Assembly (NCBI GenBank): GCA_965238275.1
Contig: OZ250186.1
Coordinates: 2,112,001 to 2,176,000 of the forward strand
Reading direction: 5' to 3'
Origin: Nitrosopumilus sp.
GTDB lineage: Archaea; Thermoproteota; Nitrososphaeria; Nitrososphaerales; Nitrosopumilaceae
DNA length: 64,000 nucleotides
The notes under the pieces are model-generated. The model was not told the DNA's origin. It made no database searches and saw only the letters and a list, made by a program, of their open reading frames with translations. Numbering within the stretch: the first letter of the stretch is position 1; each line of letters opens with the position of its first letter. Positions 21,641 to 31,979 of the stretch are shown in pieces. A program made the position numbers and the translations under genes.

Positions 21641-21728
21641 GGTTCAATATCTGCAGGTTTCGCTTATCACTTCAGATATCAGAAATTCCTATCAATGAGG
21701 TTAAATTACTTGACACAAAAGGCCACTC

Positions 21729-22043
21729 ATGCAGGATGTGTTCGCGGCAGTACTGGCCACAACCGGAAGAAGGACCGGAAGAGAACACCGGGTGATGCTC
21801 CGCGCGGTGGGGTACAACGGAAAAATATACCTTTCCAGGCACAGGCCCGATGGTGATTGGTTCTTGAACGCGCTGGCAAATCCAGAGGTAAGGATACAGC
21901 ACGGGCAGCAGACGTTTTTGGGAAACGCAAGACGTGTCACGGACGAAGAATTGGCAAAAAAGATCTCCGAGTTAAAGTACCATGGTGAAGAGAGGGCAAA
22001 GGAGAAGAGGGCCGTAATCGAGATAACGCTTGCAAATAACTAG
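21729..22043 (+). CDS. Split-barrel flavin/F420-dependent (Ddn-like) reductase family protein
   Basis: LATTGRRTG, DWFLNALANPEV. Confidence 0.75.
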   Translation: MQDVFAAVLATTGRRTGREHRVMLRAVGYNGKIYLSRHRPDGDWFLNALANPEVRIQHGQQTFLGNARRVTDEELAKKISELKYHGEERAKEKRAVIEITLANN

Positions 22044-23089
22044 GATCTTTTCAGGTATTTGGCAAGATAAAATATGGTCAGTCCGCCCAGAACGGCAGTA
22101 ACGGCGACTAGCGGAAGGAACAGTTCGGGGAAAGGACTTGACGGGAACAACGCAGCAGACGACGACGCAGTATCGCTCAAGGTTTCGATGGCATCCAGGC
22201 CAGCAGAGAGACCATCCTGCGTTTCAAGAGAAGATGACAACTCCGCGTACTCTGGCGGCACGGGCTCTGACGGTGCAGCGGACTCGAGCGCATGGGATGG
22301 ATCACTGTCAAGGTCTGCCGACTCCATCTCAACGGCAGCAGGGTCGTCAGCAGCCATGGAGTCTGTTTCGGATGTCCCTGCTGTTATCGCCTGCTCTTGT
22401 GGTGCATCCTCCATTTTCGCCATGGATTGATCCTGTACTTGTGGCGCATCATCTTGCGGCATTGATTCTTCGGGAGGCATGTCCTGCTGCCGGGGTTCTT
22501 TCTGCGATGCATCCTGCTGTTGTGTGGCTGGTTGCGTTGCCTGCAGGGTGTCTTCCCCTCCTCCTCCTTCCCCAGCGATCCCCTCTTGTTCCACGTCGGG
22601 TACAGGAGAGACGGTAGAGGCAAAGTCCTGCGTGAGCCGACTGCCTTGTTGTAGCTGCAACGCAGAGAACATGCCGGATATTCCGGTCGCAACTCCCAAC
22701 CCTGCAACCTTGTAAATGTGCCGAAATGAGTGGATGAGCAGCCTGCTGCTCTTTGTCTTTTCAGAGAGTTTTGGCGGGACAACCACTACGCTGAAGCTCT
22801 TGGCAGTGTAATGCTTCATGTCATGTGATTTTGAGTTCTTGCTGGTTTTGGATATTTGAACTACTCCCAGTTCCTGCAGTTTTTGAAGGTGGTACTTGAC
22901 TAGTTGGAGGGAGATGTCTGTCCTCTGGGATATCCGGGCTGCAGTCATTTCCTCGTTGAACAGCAGTTGAAGAATCTTGCGGGCCGAGTCGTTGGCAAAC
23001 AGCTGTCCAAACGATTTTAACCGCTCATCATCTGTGGCAAGAATCTTTATGCTCTCAGCAAGATCATCTTGTTCTTCATCAATCGGCAT
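22040..23089 (-). CDS. Membrane-anchored ArsR-type wHTH regulator with acidic low-complexity linker
   Basis: N-terminal wHTH (ISLQLVKYHLQKL), central and C-terminal hydrophobic helices. Confidence 0.7.
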   Translation of the reverse strand: MPIDEEQDDLAESIKILATDDERLKSFGQLFANDSARKILQLLFNEEMTAARISQRTDISLQLVKYHLQKLQELGVVQISKTSKNSKSHDMKHYTAKSFSVVVVPPKLSEKTKSSRLLIHSFRHIYKVAGLGVATGISGMFSALQLQQGSRLTQDFASTVSPVPDVEQEGIAGEGGGGEDTLQATQPATQQQDASQKEPRQQDMPPEESMPQDDAPQVQDQSMAKMEDAPQEQAITAGTSETDSMAADDPAAVEMESADLDSDPSHALESAAPSEPVPPEYAELSSSLETQDGLSAGLDAIETLSDTASSSAALFPSSPFPELFLPLVAVTAVLGGLTIFYLAKYLKRS

Positions 23090-23227
23090 TAAACATACTT
23101 GCCGAACCGAAATATCTAAGTTGTTTGGTAAAGGCTGAATTTCACTAATCCTTTTATCCAAAAGTGTCGGAGAAATACCATCACATCGAACCAAACCGGC
23201 TCGGATGTGGTAAAAGGAAAAGAGAAA

Positions 23228-25595
23228 ATGAACACAAAAAAAACAATTGCAATGGTCGCGCTAGTGATTGGCGCAGGAGGAATCATGTACTTGGTGGGGC
23301 TTGGGATGCAGATAGGGAACGACAGGGGGACAGACGTTATTCAGGTAACCGACATAGTCTACGTCGAGGATTCTGCCAGGCTGTTTAGCGGAGGAAACAG
23401 CGTCATAAAGATTACATCCCAAGAGGCACTAGTCGAGATTCTTCATGCATCGCAGATGCTCGAAGACCGCTTTTGCCAGGCTGTTTAGCGGAGGAAACAG
23501 CGTCATAAAGATTACATCCCAAGAGGCACAGGGCTTTTACAGGGATTTGGGGTCTCAGAGATTCGCAGAGTTTGAACCAGTGATTGTGATGGAATCCGCC
23601 GACATGATGGTGGCAGACCAAGACGCGTCATTCCAATCGACGTCCGCGCCGTCGTCTGCAGTAAAGGCGCAGGTCGCCCAGGATTACTCCACAACCAACG
23701 TGCAGGTAAAGGGAGTCGATGAGCCGGATTATCTTAAAACCGACGGAAAGTACGTCTACATCGTAGCAGACAACACGCTTTCGATAATTGACGCATACCC
23801 GGCACAGGACGCAAGGCTGGTCCTAAAGACTGCCATCGACGTGGACTCGAGTTACATTGAGGACATGTTCCTGAATGGGGACAGGCTGGTAATATTTTAC
23901 AACGGAGAGAGTTTTGAAGAGACAATTCCAGAGTTTGGCTTTGCCCCGCAGTCAACTTACGTCCCGGCTACCCACGCGCTGGTTGTTGATATTGCAGACA
24001 GGGGAAATCCAACCATCCTCAAGGACTACTCGATAGGAGGACATTTCACTGATGCCAGAATGATAGGCAACCACGCATACTTTGTGACAAACAGCCATGT
24101 GGACTACCAAAATCCCAGGCTACCAACAATCCACGAGGGTTCCAGGCATGTCATGACCCCTGACGCGTTCTATTTTGACAACCCCGAGAGGCTCTCAAAC
24201 TTTAACACGCTTACTGCGATCGATGTCTTTGGAGACGACATCAGCTCAAAGTCATACCTGATGGGATACTCTGGGACGCACTATGTGTCTGAGGACAACT
24301 TTTACCTGACATACCAGCAGAGCAACAACCTGCCCGAACTGTTTGAGGACGCCCAGGAAGACGGGTTCTATGATGTAGTCGTGCCGCTGCTCCCCGACAG
24401 TACACTCCAAGAAGAGATAATGGCCGTACGCGATGACGCCTCGCTGAGCCCGCCTGAACGGTGGGCCAAGATATCAGGCATGCTGCAGGAGTTCTATGAT
24501 GGCATCGACAAGAACAACAGACGGGAACTGTTCCAAAACATAGAGAGGGCGCTCATCGAATACGACCTGGCGGTGCTCGAAGACGGCGGATCGGCGACCC
24601 AGAAGGTGGTGATCCACAAGATTGCAATCAACGGGACAGACATAGAGCATACTGCAAGTGGCTCTGTGCCGGGCAGGCTCCTCAACCAGTTTTCAATGGA
24701 CGAGCACGGGGACAGGTTCAGGATAGCGACCACGACTGACCGTTACACCCAGCACTCCGGAACCCTCCGGGAAAACGCAGTCTATATCCTGGATGAGGAG
24801 CTGAGCATTGTGGGAGGGCTGGACAATATCGCCCCAGACGAGAGCATATTCTCTGCAAGATTCATCGATGACAGGCTGTACCTGGTCACCTTCCAGCAGA
24901 TCGATCCGTTCTTTGTGATCGACCTCTCAGAGGACACGCCAAAGATACTCGGAGAGTTGAAGATTCCGGGATTCTCAAACTATCTGCATCCGTATGACGA
25001 TGAGCACGTCATCGGGATAGGCAGGGATACGAAAACAAACCAGTGGGGAGGCGCCACCACACTTGGCGTAAAGATAGCGCTGTTCAACGTGGCAGACGTG
25101 AGCAACCCCAAGGTCGCAGACGAGGTGGTGATAGGGGACAGGGGGACCCAGTCAGAGGCACTGCACAACCACAAGGCATTCTTCCTTGGAAGGGGAGCAG
25201 CAGACGGGGAAGGCAGGATCCTGTCAGTTCCGATCACCGGCAACATAAAGAACCTAGACGGGCCGGCGGCTCAAAAGAAGATAAGCGGGATACAGGACAA
25301 CGACGAGATAAGCTGGAGTGGATTCTACGTGTTTGATCTGGACCCGGCTAACGGATTCGATCTAAAGGGGACCATAAAGCATTGGGAGGGCGTCAGGTAT
25401 AGTCCAGGATACCTCGGGCTAGACTACCATGCCAGAACGTTCTACATCGAAGACGTGTTGTATACGGCATCGGAGAGGTTCCTGAAGATGAACTCGCTTG
25501 ACACCCTTGGTGGGGAAAACTCCATCATGCTCAAGAACACTGGAGGATTCATAGGGTTCCTCGACGATCGTTCCAGAATCGTCCCAGAAGGCTAA
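23228..25595 (+). pseudogene. Secreted beta-propeller protein, frameshifted near the N-terminus
   Basis: YSTTNVQVKGVDEPD, GRLLNQFSMDE, GELKIPGFSNYLHP; the signal-anchor ORF 23228-23488 is out of frame with the rest because of a 56-bp repeat. Confidence 0.8.
23374..23529. repeat. 56-bp direct repeat, period 100 bp
   Basis: TGCCAGGCTGTTTAGCGGAGG...CAAGAGGCAC at 23374 and 23474. Confidence 0.92.
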
Positions 25596-26212
25596 ACTAT
25601 GTGGACGATAGTCGTCAATCCCCGCCTGTCAAACTCGTTTCCGGCTTTGTCAACCTCGCAGACGGTGACGGTAAACGAGATCACGTCGCGCCGTTTTGCG
25701 TCTTGGGCGTCAAGGTGCAGGGTTACGTCCATCAGATCAAACTCGCCTGCAGGCAGCGCTGCCTCGTCCAGGAACGCCCCGCACGTAGACTCTATTCTGA
25801 ACCGGTTGTTCTTGAAATGAAACCCCAGCTTTGTCTTTCTTTTGTTCCTTCCGCTTGCCTTTACGTTGAGATCGATTATCCCGGGCTTTGATTCGGTATA
25901 GCCTGATTGCTTGTTGACAAAGACGCCAAACTCAAAGGGTTTCCCGGCAGTCGACTCGGCCATCTTTTGGATACCGTCGTTCATTACAACGTCGACTGCC
26001 TTGATCGACTGCGCCACCTTGGCAATCCACTGGTTGGTCCGGGGGATTATTGTCTTGATTCCTGTTCGCCTGCGTTTGTCTTCGTCTGCGGGAAGTTTGT
26101 AATAGTCAACCCATGCCTCATAGTCGTGTGAGATGTCCTCGATAAAGTCGATGCACGTGCGCCGGTACTCGTCTACGTTGTCGGTTCTCTCGGATGCATC
26201 GTCTGTCCTCAT
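25592..26212 (-). CDS. Hypothetical protein
   Basis: Long ORF with protein-like composition that fills the gap; no motif recognised. Confidence 0.7.
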   Translation of the reverse strand: MRTDDASERTDNVDEYRRTCIDFIEDISHDYEAWVDYYKLPADEDKRRRTGIKTIIPRTNQWIAKVAQSIKAVDVVMNDGIQKMAESTAGKPFEFGVFVNKQSGYTESKPGIIDLNVKASGRNKRKTKLGFHFKNNRFRIESTCGAFLDEAALPAGEFDLMDVTLHLDAQDAKRRDVISFTVTVCEVDKAGNEFDRRGLTTIVHIV

Positions 26213-26351
26213 TCCGTCGTAGCCCATCGGCATTGCCATGCAGTGGATGCATTGTGGTTCTAAAAAAACCAATCTTAGTTATTTCCCGGATATGCCCCGC
26301 ATTCAGGGCAACAGGCATTTTTTGTACCGGGGGAGACTCGGACCGACATTA

Positions 26352-26861
26352 ATGATTATATCTGGAATCCTGCCACCAGACGTTGTGATATTTTCAGAGA
26401 TAGTTTTGGCCCTGCAGGACGACCTGAAGAGGAATATGGCGCAGATACGGTTTCTCCTAAACAAGAATCCCGGGATGGGCTACACCAGAATAGTCGAGAT
26501 TGGCAGGGAGGTGGGCAAGAGATACGGCATAAAGCTGATCGTAAACTTTCCAAAGGAGGGAAGGATTGAGGAGTTTGAGATGTATGGAAGAAGGGATCTG
26601 AGCCTGATAGTGGACTATGAAAAGAAACGGTTCCCCGTGGACAGGGAGGTAATCAAGAAAAAGGCGACAGAGACGCTTGGCAACGTGAGGACGCAGGATG
26701 CATACATGTATGAGAACAAGGAGGGCGTCAGGGTATACACGGATGACTGGAAGATCGACATCCTGCCCCATTCGTTGCACATCTGGACCGAGTTTGACGA
26801 CGGTGTCACTGCGTTTTGTGACTGGTTGATGGAGGAGGTGTACCAGGTTAGGAGGAGATAG
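26352..26861 (+). CDS. Hypothetical protein
   Basis: ORF with coding-like composition. Confidence 0.7.
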   Translation: MIISGILPPDVVIFSEIVLALQDDLKRNMAQIRFLLNKNPGMGYTRIVEIGREVGKRYGIKLIVNFPKEGRIEEFEMYGRRDLSLIVDYEKKRFPVDREVIKKKATETLGNVRTQDAYMYENKEGVRVYTDDWKIDILPHSLHIWTEFDDGVTAFCDWLMEEVYQVRRR

Positions 26862-26866
26862 TAGCC

Positions 26867-27226
26867 CTACAGGTCCTCAAGGGTCTCTAGCAGATCCCTG
26901 GCCTCGGAATTTTTTGGCTGCAGTTCCACTACGCGTCTGCAGCACCTGAGGGCCTCGTCCTTCTGATTCAGGGCCAGATGAACGTTGGTCTTGAGGCTAA
27001 GTGTCTCCACATCATCAGGGCTTATCCCTACGGCCTTTTCAAAGTAGGGCAACGCCCTGTCTGGATCATCGACTATAAAGTATATGCTTCCCATGATGAA
27101 CATGAAATCGTGATCGTCTGAGAATCCAGACTCGATGCTCCTTCCAAACTCAATTGCCTGGATGTACTCGCCGTCCTTGATCAGTTTTCGCAGCTTGCGT
27201 TTCGGATACCTAAAGAGGGTTACCAT
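26867..27226 (-). CDS. TPR-repeat protein
   Basis: A..YFEKA...SPDD and EALRCC...LQPKNSEA TPR patterns. Confidence 0.85.
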   Translation of the reverse strand: MVTLFRYPKRKLRKLIKDGEYIQAIEFGRSIESGFSDDHDFMFIMGSIYFIVDDPDRALPYFEKAVGISPDDVETLSLKTNVHLALNQKDEALRCCRRVVELQPKNSEARDLLETLEDL

Positions 27227-27389
27227 ACAGCATCATGGATCGGTCTGGGATTTTAACTAATGGTGTCATGACGGGACGGTTATGATTCCCTCTACAACCA
27301 GGTACTGGATTACCTCTATGAAGGTGGCGTCATCTATTACATCGTCTGCCCACAGTCCTGCATTGCGCTTTACCCAGGACGGAATCTCA

Positions 27390-28835
27390 CTATAGCGGCG
27401 AGCGAAAGTTCGTGCAAACAGATCTCTCTGTAGCATGTCCTGATGCTCTTTCCGGCGCTCTGTCAGACCTTCCAATATTGTCGTCGTTGCCGGATCCAAG
27501 CCGACCTGTCGAATTGTTCATTCCAGAACCATCCGATCCGTGATCCTCGCGCCTTGTGACGACCTCGACACCTGCAATGGTGCCTCCACGATTCCCGTGG
27601 GCTTGGCCGCCAGTCTCCTCCGTATGGAGACAGTCATTATCCAAAATGTTTTTTGCCGCGTTCTTGTCGGCATGGTGGCACCATCCGCATGAGACGCAGA
27701 CAAATGATTCGCCGTTCCTGGATTTCTTGTCCACTACCCCGCAGGCAGCGCACCTCTGGCTTGTATGTGCGGATTCCACGCGTCTTGAAATTCCGCCTTT
27801 CTTTTTCATCTGCCATTCAAGCTGGATCCTGAACTCGCCCATTCTGGAATAGGCCATCTCGCGGTTCAACCCCGTCTTTGAAGCCGCCCCGCAGGATCGC
27901 CTCATCTTGGTCAAATCCAGGTCTTCCAGGAACAATACGGACAGTCCTTTTGTTATCCGCCTGGCAATGTCGGCCTCGTTGTGTTTTTGCCTGTTTGATA
28001 TCTTTTTCAATTCATGCGTTACCTTGCGGCCGATCTCTTTCCATCTTCTGGAGCCTGCCTGGCATCTTGATCTAAGTGATTTCAGCTGATCAATCCTGTC
28101 GCCGTCATGCCTCTTGCAGCCTCCGGGGACATTGTGCAGTTTTTCGTTCCCATGCTCGTCTGCGACTGCCGCAAGGTGCCTGACTCCAAGATCCAGCCCT
28201 GCCTTGCATCCGCCGCCGCCACCGCCTGTCGCGGGTTCGGGGTCTGGGACTTCTATCTGCAAATGCAGTTTGAATTCGCGATCACCATCCTTGGTCTTAC
28301 GCGTGACCTTGCCCGTGGTGTCAATCATCTGGAATGACACGAGCCTGCCTTCTGGAACCTTCGTGCGTGGCCTTGCTTCCCCGAGTCCGGGCAGAAACAC
28401 GGCTCCACTGTCTCGCAGTTTTGGCTTTGCGCGTGAATTCAGCGAGCGCAGCCTGGTTGTTTTCCTGCCGCGCCTCATCAGGCTGGACGGCTCGGTCCAC
28501 CGATTGTGCCTGTACGTCTTCTTTTTCCCCAGCTTGATCTGCTTCTTGCGCCAGATGCGCTTGTTGTGCTTGAGCCGGTTTGCCTTGCGGAATTTGACTG
28601 CCGCCTGGAAAGCCTGTTTTGAGGCGGCCTCGTGCATGCGGACGCTGCTGGCCAGGTTGAATTCCCTGCGCCATCCTGTTATCAGGTTGTTGATGTCAAA
28701 CTGTGTGATCCCCGGGTGTGCAAGTTTCATCATGATTGTCATGTCGTAAACGATGTCTGTTTCCCGGGAGCATTTCACGATCTTGCGTGACAGTTCCCGG
28801 GATTGTGTTATCTTGATGATTTTGCTGACAATCAT
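27390..28835 (-). CDS. tnpB: TnpB RNA-guided nuclease
   Basis: RuvC-I GLDLG, RuvC-II FLEDL, Zn finger CAACG..CVSCG, RuvC-III HADKNAAKNI. Confidence 0.92.
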   Translation of the reverse strand: MIVSKIIKITQSRELSRKIVKCSRETDIVYDMTIMMKLAHPGITQFDINNLITGWRREFNLASSVRMHEAASKQAFQAAVKFRKANRLKHNKRIWRKKQIKLGKKKTYRHNRWTEPSSLMRRGRKTTRLRSLNSRAKPKLRDSGAVFLPGLGEARPRTKVPEGRLVSFQMIDTTGKVTRKTKDGDREFKLHLQIEVPDPEPATGGGGGGCKAGLDLGVRHLAAVADEHGNEKLHNVPGGCKRHDGDRIDQLKSLRSRCQAGSRRWKEIGRKVTHELKKISNRQKHNEADIARRITKGLSVLFLEDLDLTKMRRSCGAASKTGLNREMAYSRMGEFRIQLEWQMKKKGGISRRVESAHTSQRCAACGVVDKKSRNGESFVCVSCGWCHHADKNAAKNILDNDCLHTEETGGQAHGNRGGTIAGVEVVTRREDHGSDGSGMNNSTGRLGSGNDDNIGRSDRAPERASGHATERSVCTNFRSPL

Positions 28836-28903
28836 ACCTGTAGTTGGGATTTATTTTCTTAAAAAGGATCTCAAAAAATTGCACGAACTTTCGCTTTTCA
28901 CTA
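27393..28903 (-). mobile_element. TIR-bounded TnpB-only element, copy 1 (1511 bp)
   Basis: 25-bp TIRs (21/25 match), TA duplication at 27391-92 and 28904-05; excision restores the host frame SDSSEIPSW. Confidence 0.92.
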
Positions 28904-30213
28904 TAGAATCGGAAGCGTCATCGGACTCGGTGGGGGGAAGGTCTATGACGCCCTCTGTTATCAGGAACTGGATTGCCTCTATGAAGGTGGCGTCATCTAT
29001 TACATCGCCTGCCCACAGTCCTGCATTGCGCTTTACCCAGGACGGGATGCTTACGGGTTCGTCGCTCACGGGTTCGTCGCCTGGAAATATCGTTATTGGA
29101 ACGAGCAGATAATCAGCGGGTCCCTCTGGAACAATATTTTCCTTAGCTTGGCCGTATATCCACACTGCATAGTCGACAGTGCCAGCATCCTCATCTACAG
29201 TCATTTCAAGAGAGTATTGGCCCGAGGTCGTATAGAGAACTCGCACACCTTCATCCTGTGCAAGTGATCTTATTGGCACACCAGAGTCATCCAGCACCAG
29301 AACATCAAACTGAACCTGGTTCAGGAACTCCGTGTCGTCCTCCTTTTTGATAAACTTGATAAGCCACTCCATCTCGCAGCCCTCGGCGGGATCCTCTGGC
29401 CCGTAGGAGACGTGTACCTGGTAGTGGTGGTGTTCGGTTGCCTTTTTGACCACGACTGTTCTTTGAACATCATCATCGCACCACGGCGGCAACAGATCAC
29501 TCCCCGTGGGGACTATGCCCGCAAACGGATTCTCCTGTACATACTGTTCATAGTCACGAAGTTCAAATTCATACTCTGTCGGAGGAATGCCTTCAGACAC
29601 ATGGACAAGTGTTGCAGCCTTAATCGGGAATGGGAAATCATCCACCACCCACACGTTGCTGACATATCCGCCCGTCTTCCAGGATATCCGAACAGTCTTC
29701 CATGTTCCTGCCGGAACAGTGACATCCTCGATCTCTTTTGGACGTATCTGCTCGCCGCCGATGTTTGCAATCTTGCCCCAGGATATATCAGTGAATGCCT
29801 TTGGGCCCTTCTGGCTCTCATCGATATTTGCAGTTGCATATGCAGACAGCCATGACACAGATGAGCCGAATGCACGCCTGTATTTATCCAGTTCAGGACT
29901 GCTGCCTGTCGGCTCAGGGATGAGTTTTCCCAGAGTCATATTTCCCACAATCACCTTGTTGCCGTCACGCACCACAACCTCTGCAAGCAGCTGTGTCTCA
30001 CTGCCGACTGTAACATCCCCCTTTATCCACATCTCAAAACTAAAATCCCTGCACTCCCTGTAGTCAAAATGACACATGGTATAATGAAAATAGTCGCCCT
30101 GCGCTAGTCCCTAGCCGACATACCATTCCCCCTCCTTGTCTACGCCGCCTGACTCGTACTGGGCAAATGCATCAGAAGAGTACGTCGCCAATAAAAGTAC
30201 CGTAATAGACAAG

Positions 30214-31895
30214 AGATCCTATGCAGAATGTGCCTGACGTGGCAAATCATAAAATCATGTCAGAACTGCGCTAGCCGTGGCCATATTTGAAAATCTCGTC
30301 TGCCGTATATTTTACAAATTTGTCTTGCACGTCCATGTGAAAAATCCAGTTTCCAGTATTGGATAATAAGGCACGTCCTGTGGATGTGCGGCATCCGTCC
30401 CCGGGGCGGCAGGTTGTTTCATGGGGAATGGTGGGGGAATTTGCACAAATATTGGATGCCGTGCGCGACATTCCTGCACTGCCTGATGCCACCTGCCTTT
30501 CACTCCGTCAGGCGGCTCGTGCCGCCCTGTCTCAGAGGCGCGCCCTTTTTTCGGCCAGCCTTTTGAGAAGGTCCGCGTCCCTGAGTTTTATTTCGTCCCA
30601 CATCAGATCCTGGTTTACCATTCCCGCAATCGCGTTGAGCTCGTCGTTGTACTCCTCCTCGGTGCCGTCGTACGGGTCAGTCAGCCTCTTGTACTGTTTC
30701 AGGCTTCCGATAACGTGCTCTATGGCCACACGGGAGCTGTTTACCCTCTTGTTGTAGGCGCGCTGCTTCTTTGTCAGGCCGCCGGTCTTTTTGTCGGCTC
30801 CACGCTTTTTCTTGTGCGGGTGCCTGATGTGCCATCCGGGATATTCCTCTCTTGTCCCTTGGTAGCCCTTGTCCATCAGGACGTCAGGCTTTTCCTTTTC
30901 GGGCACGTCCTTCTGGCCCATCCTTGCCGTAATGATTCCAAGGTTTGGCGGATCCTCGTTGAGCAGGGTCTTGTCGTGGACGCTGCCCGGAACGGTCTTG
31001 CTTATCGCCACTATCACGCGGCGCTTGTTGATCACGATGTTGGTATTGTACGTGTGCGCCTTCTTCTTGCCAGAGTACGTCTTTTTGCGCCTCTCCTTGT
31101 CCGCGGACCTTCTGACCCGGTTGTGCGTGCCGTCCACCATCAGTTCTCCTCCCCTCCTGCCGGGTATTATCTTCTTGCTCTCCTCGAGTGTCTTGGCCTT
31201 TTGTACAGCCTCGCTGATTTTGCGCGGCGCCGTGCCTGTCTCGCCTAGCAGCCTGGTCATCAACGGGAGATACCTGGAGACGGTGGCCTGGTCGACGCCA
31301 AACATCGCGGCAAGGGCTTCCTGCGGTATGCTCAGCCTTGTCCGAAGCAGCCACGGCAGGTACGCGTGCCTCAGGGGCAGGATGCGCCTGCTCCCGGAGT
31401 TTTTCGATCTGTTCTCGATTTCCCGGAAGAGCGCAGTCTCCCCGTTCCGCTCCAAAAGCTCCTCGAGGCGGTTCAGCGTGTGGCCAAACTTTTCCGGGGT
31501 GCGCAGCGTCATGGCGTGCAGGAATTCCGGATATTTTATGATGTCGTCGAGAACCCTCGACGTGACGGTCCAGTGATCAGTCAGGCGTTCCTTGAGCGCC
31601 TCGCACTTCTGTCGGTCTGTCCTGCGTGCTTCCCTGAGGGCCCTGATCCTCTGCCGGCAGGATTCATCCGACTCCCTGAGCGCCTCGTTTTCCTGCCGTA
31701 ATCTCTGCACCGTTGGATCGACTAGCATTGCCATCACGGTGTGGCGTAAAAATCACCGATCTTAACGTTTCGGTTATCCTTCTTGGATTGGCATGCTTTA
31801 CGATTCTGTGGATATTCGGCCGCATGTGGTGCCGCACGTGGGAATAACCCAATTTAATTCAGTTTTTTAAATCAGGCACATTCTGCATGAGATCT
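30214..31895 (-). mobile_element. IS5/ISL2-like element (1682 bp)
   Basis: 24-bp TIR AGATC(CT/TC)ATGCAGAATGTGCCTGA; 3-bp TSD AAG. Confidence 0.9.
30532..31737 (-). CDS. IS5-family (DDE_Tnp_4-like) transposase
   Basis: FGVDQATVSR HTH, VDGT, YSGKKK, GSVHD, DKGYQG, RVAIEHVIG. Confidence 0.9.
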   Translation of the reverse strand: MMAMLVDPTVQRLRQENEALRESDESCRQRIRALREARRTDRQKCEALKERLTDHWTVTSRVLDDIIKYPEFLHAMTLRTPEKFGHTLNRLEELLERNGETALFREIENRSKNSGSRRILPLRHAYLPWLLRTRLSIPQEALAAMFGVDQATVSRYLPLMTRLLGETGTAPRKISEAVQKAKTLEESKKIIPGRRGGELMVDGTHNRVRRSADKERRKKTYSGKKKAHTYNTNIVINKRRVIVAISKTVPGSVHDKTLLNEDPPNLGIITARMGQKDVPEKEKPDVLMDKGYQGTREEYPGWHIRHPHKKKRGADKKTGGLTKKQRAYNKRVNSSRVAIEHVIGSLKQYKRLTDPYDGTEEEYNDELNAIAGMVNQDLMWDEIKLRDADLLKRLAEKRARL

Positions 31896-31979
31896 AAGGC
31901 TACAATTAGCACATTCAATATGTAAAATAGTAAACACGGATAATTAAAAGTTAGTTTAAAGGGTTGGGTGCCTGCAGAA

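Larger units (their letters stand above)
27266..31918 (-). pseudogene. Secreted surface protein with two IPSW C-terminal domains (paralog of 57610-59058), inactivated three ways
   Basis: Signal peptide split by IS5 (30214-31895), TAG at 30113-30111 where the paralog has Glu, TnpB element at 27393-28903; fragments rejoin in frame. Confidence 0.88.

Noticed and set aside
23374-23529. Repeat-spacer-repeat as a mini-CRISPR
   Set aside because: There are only two 56-bp units, and they are coding sequence of the propeller gene.
27266-27499. 77-aa and 91-aa (34587-34862) ORFs starting MDPxTTTILEG
   Set aside because: These are chimeras of an alternate frame in the TnpB element end fused to flanking genes.
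27393-28903. TnpB element as an IStron or self-splicing/BHB intron (it lies sense within a gene)
   Set aside because: Only ~68 nt precede the ATG, too short for a group I core. Pairing the ends gives no clear bulge-helix-bulge, and the host gene is dead by other lesions.
30111-30113. In-frame TAG as pyrrolysine or read-through
   Set aside because: It is a single-base change from a Glu codon in a gene also broken by two insertions, and no pyl genes are seen.
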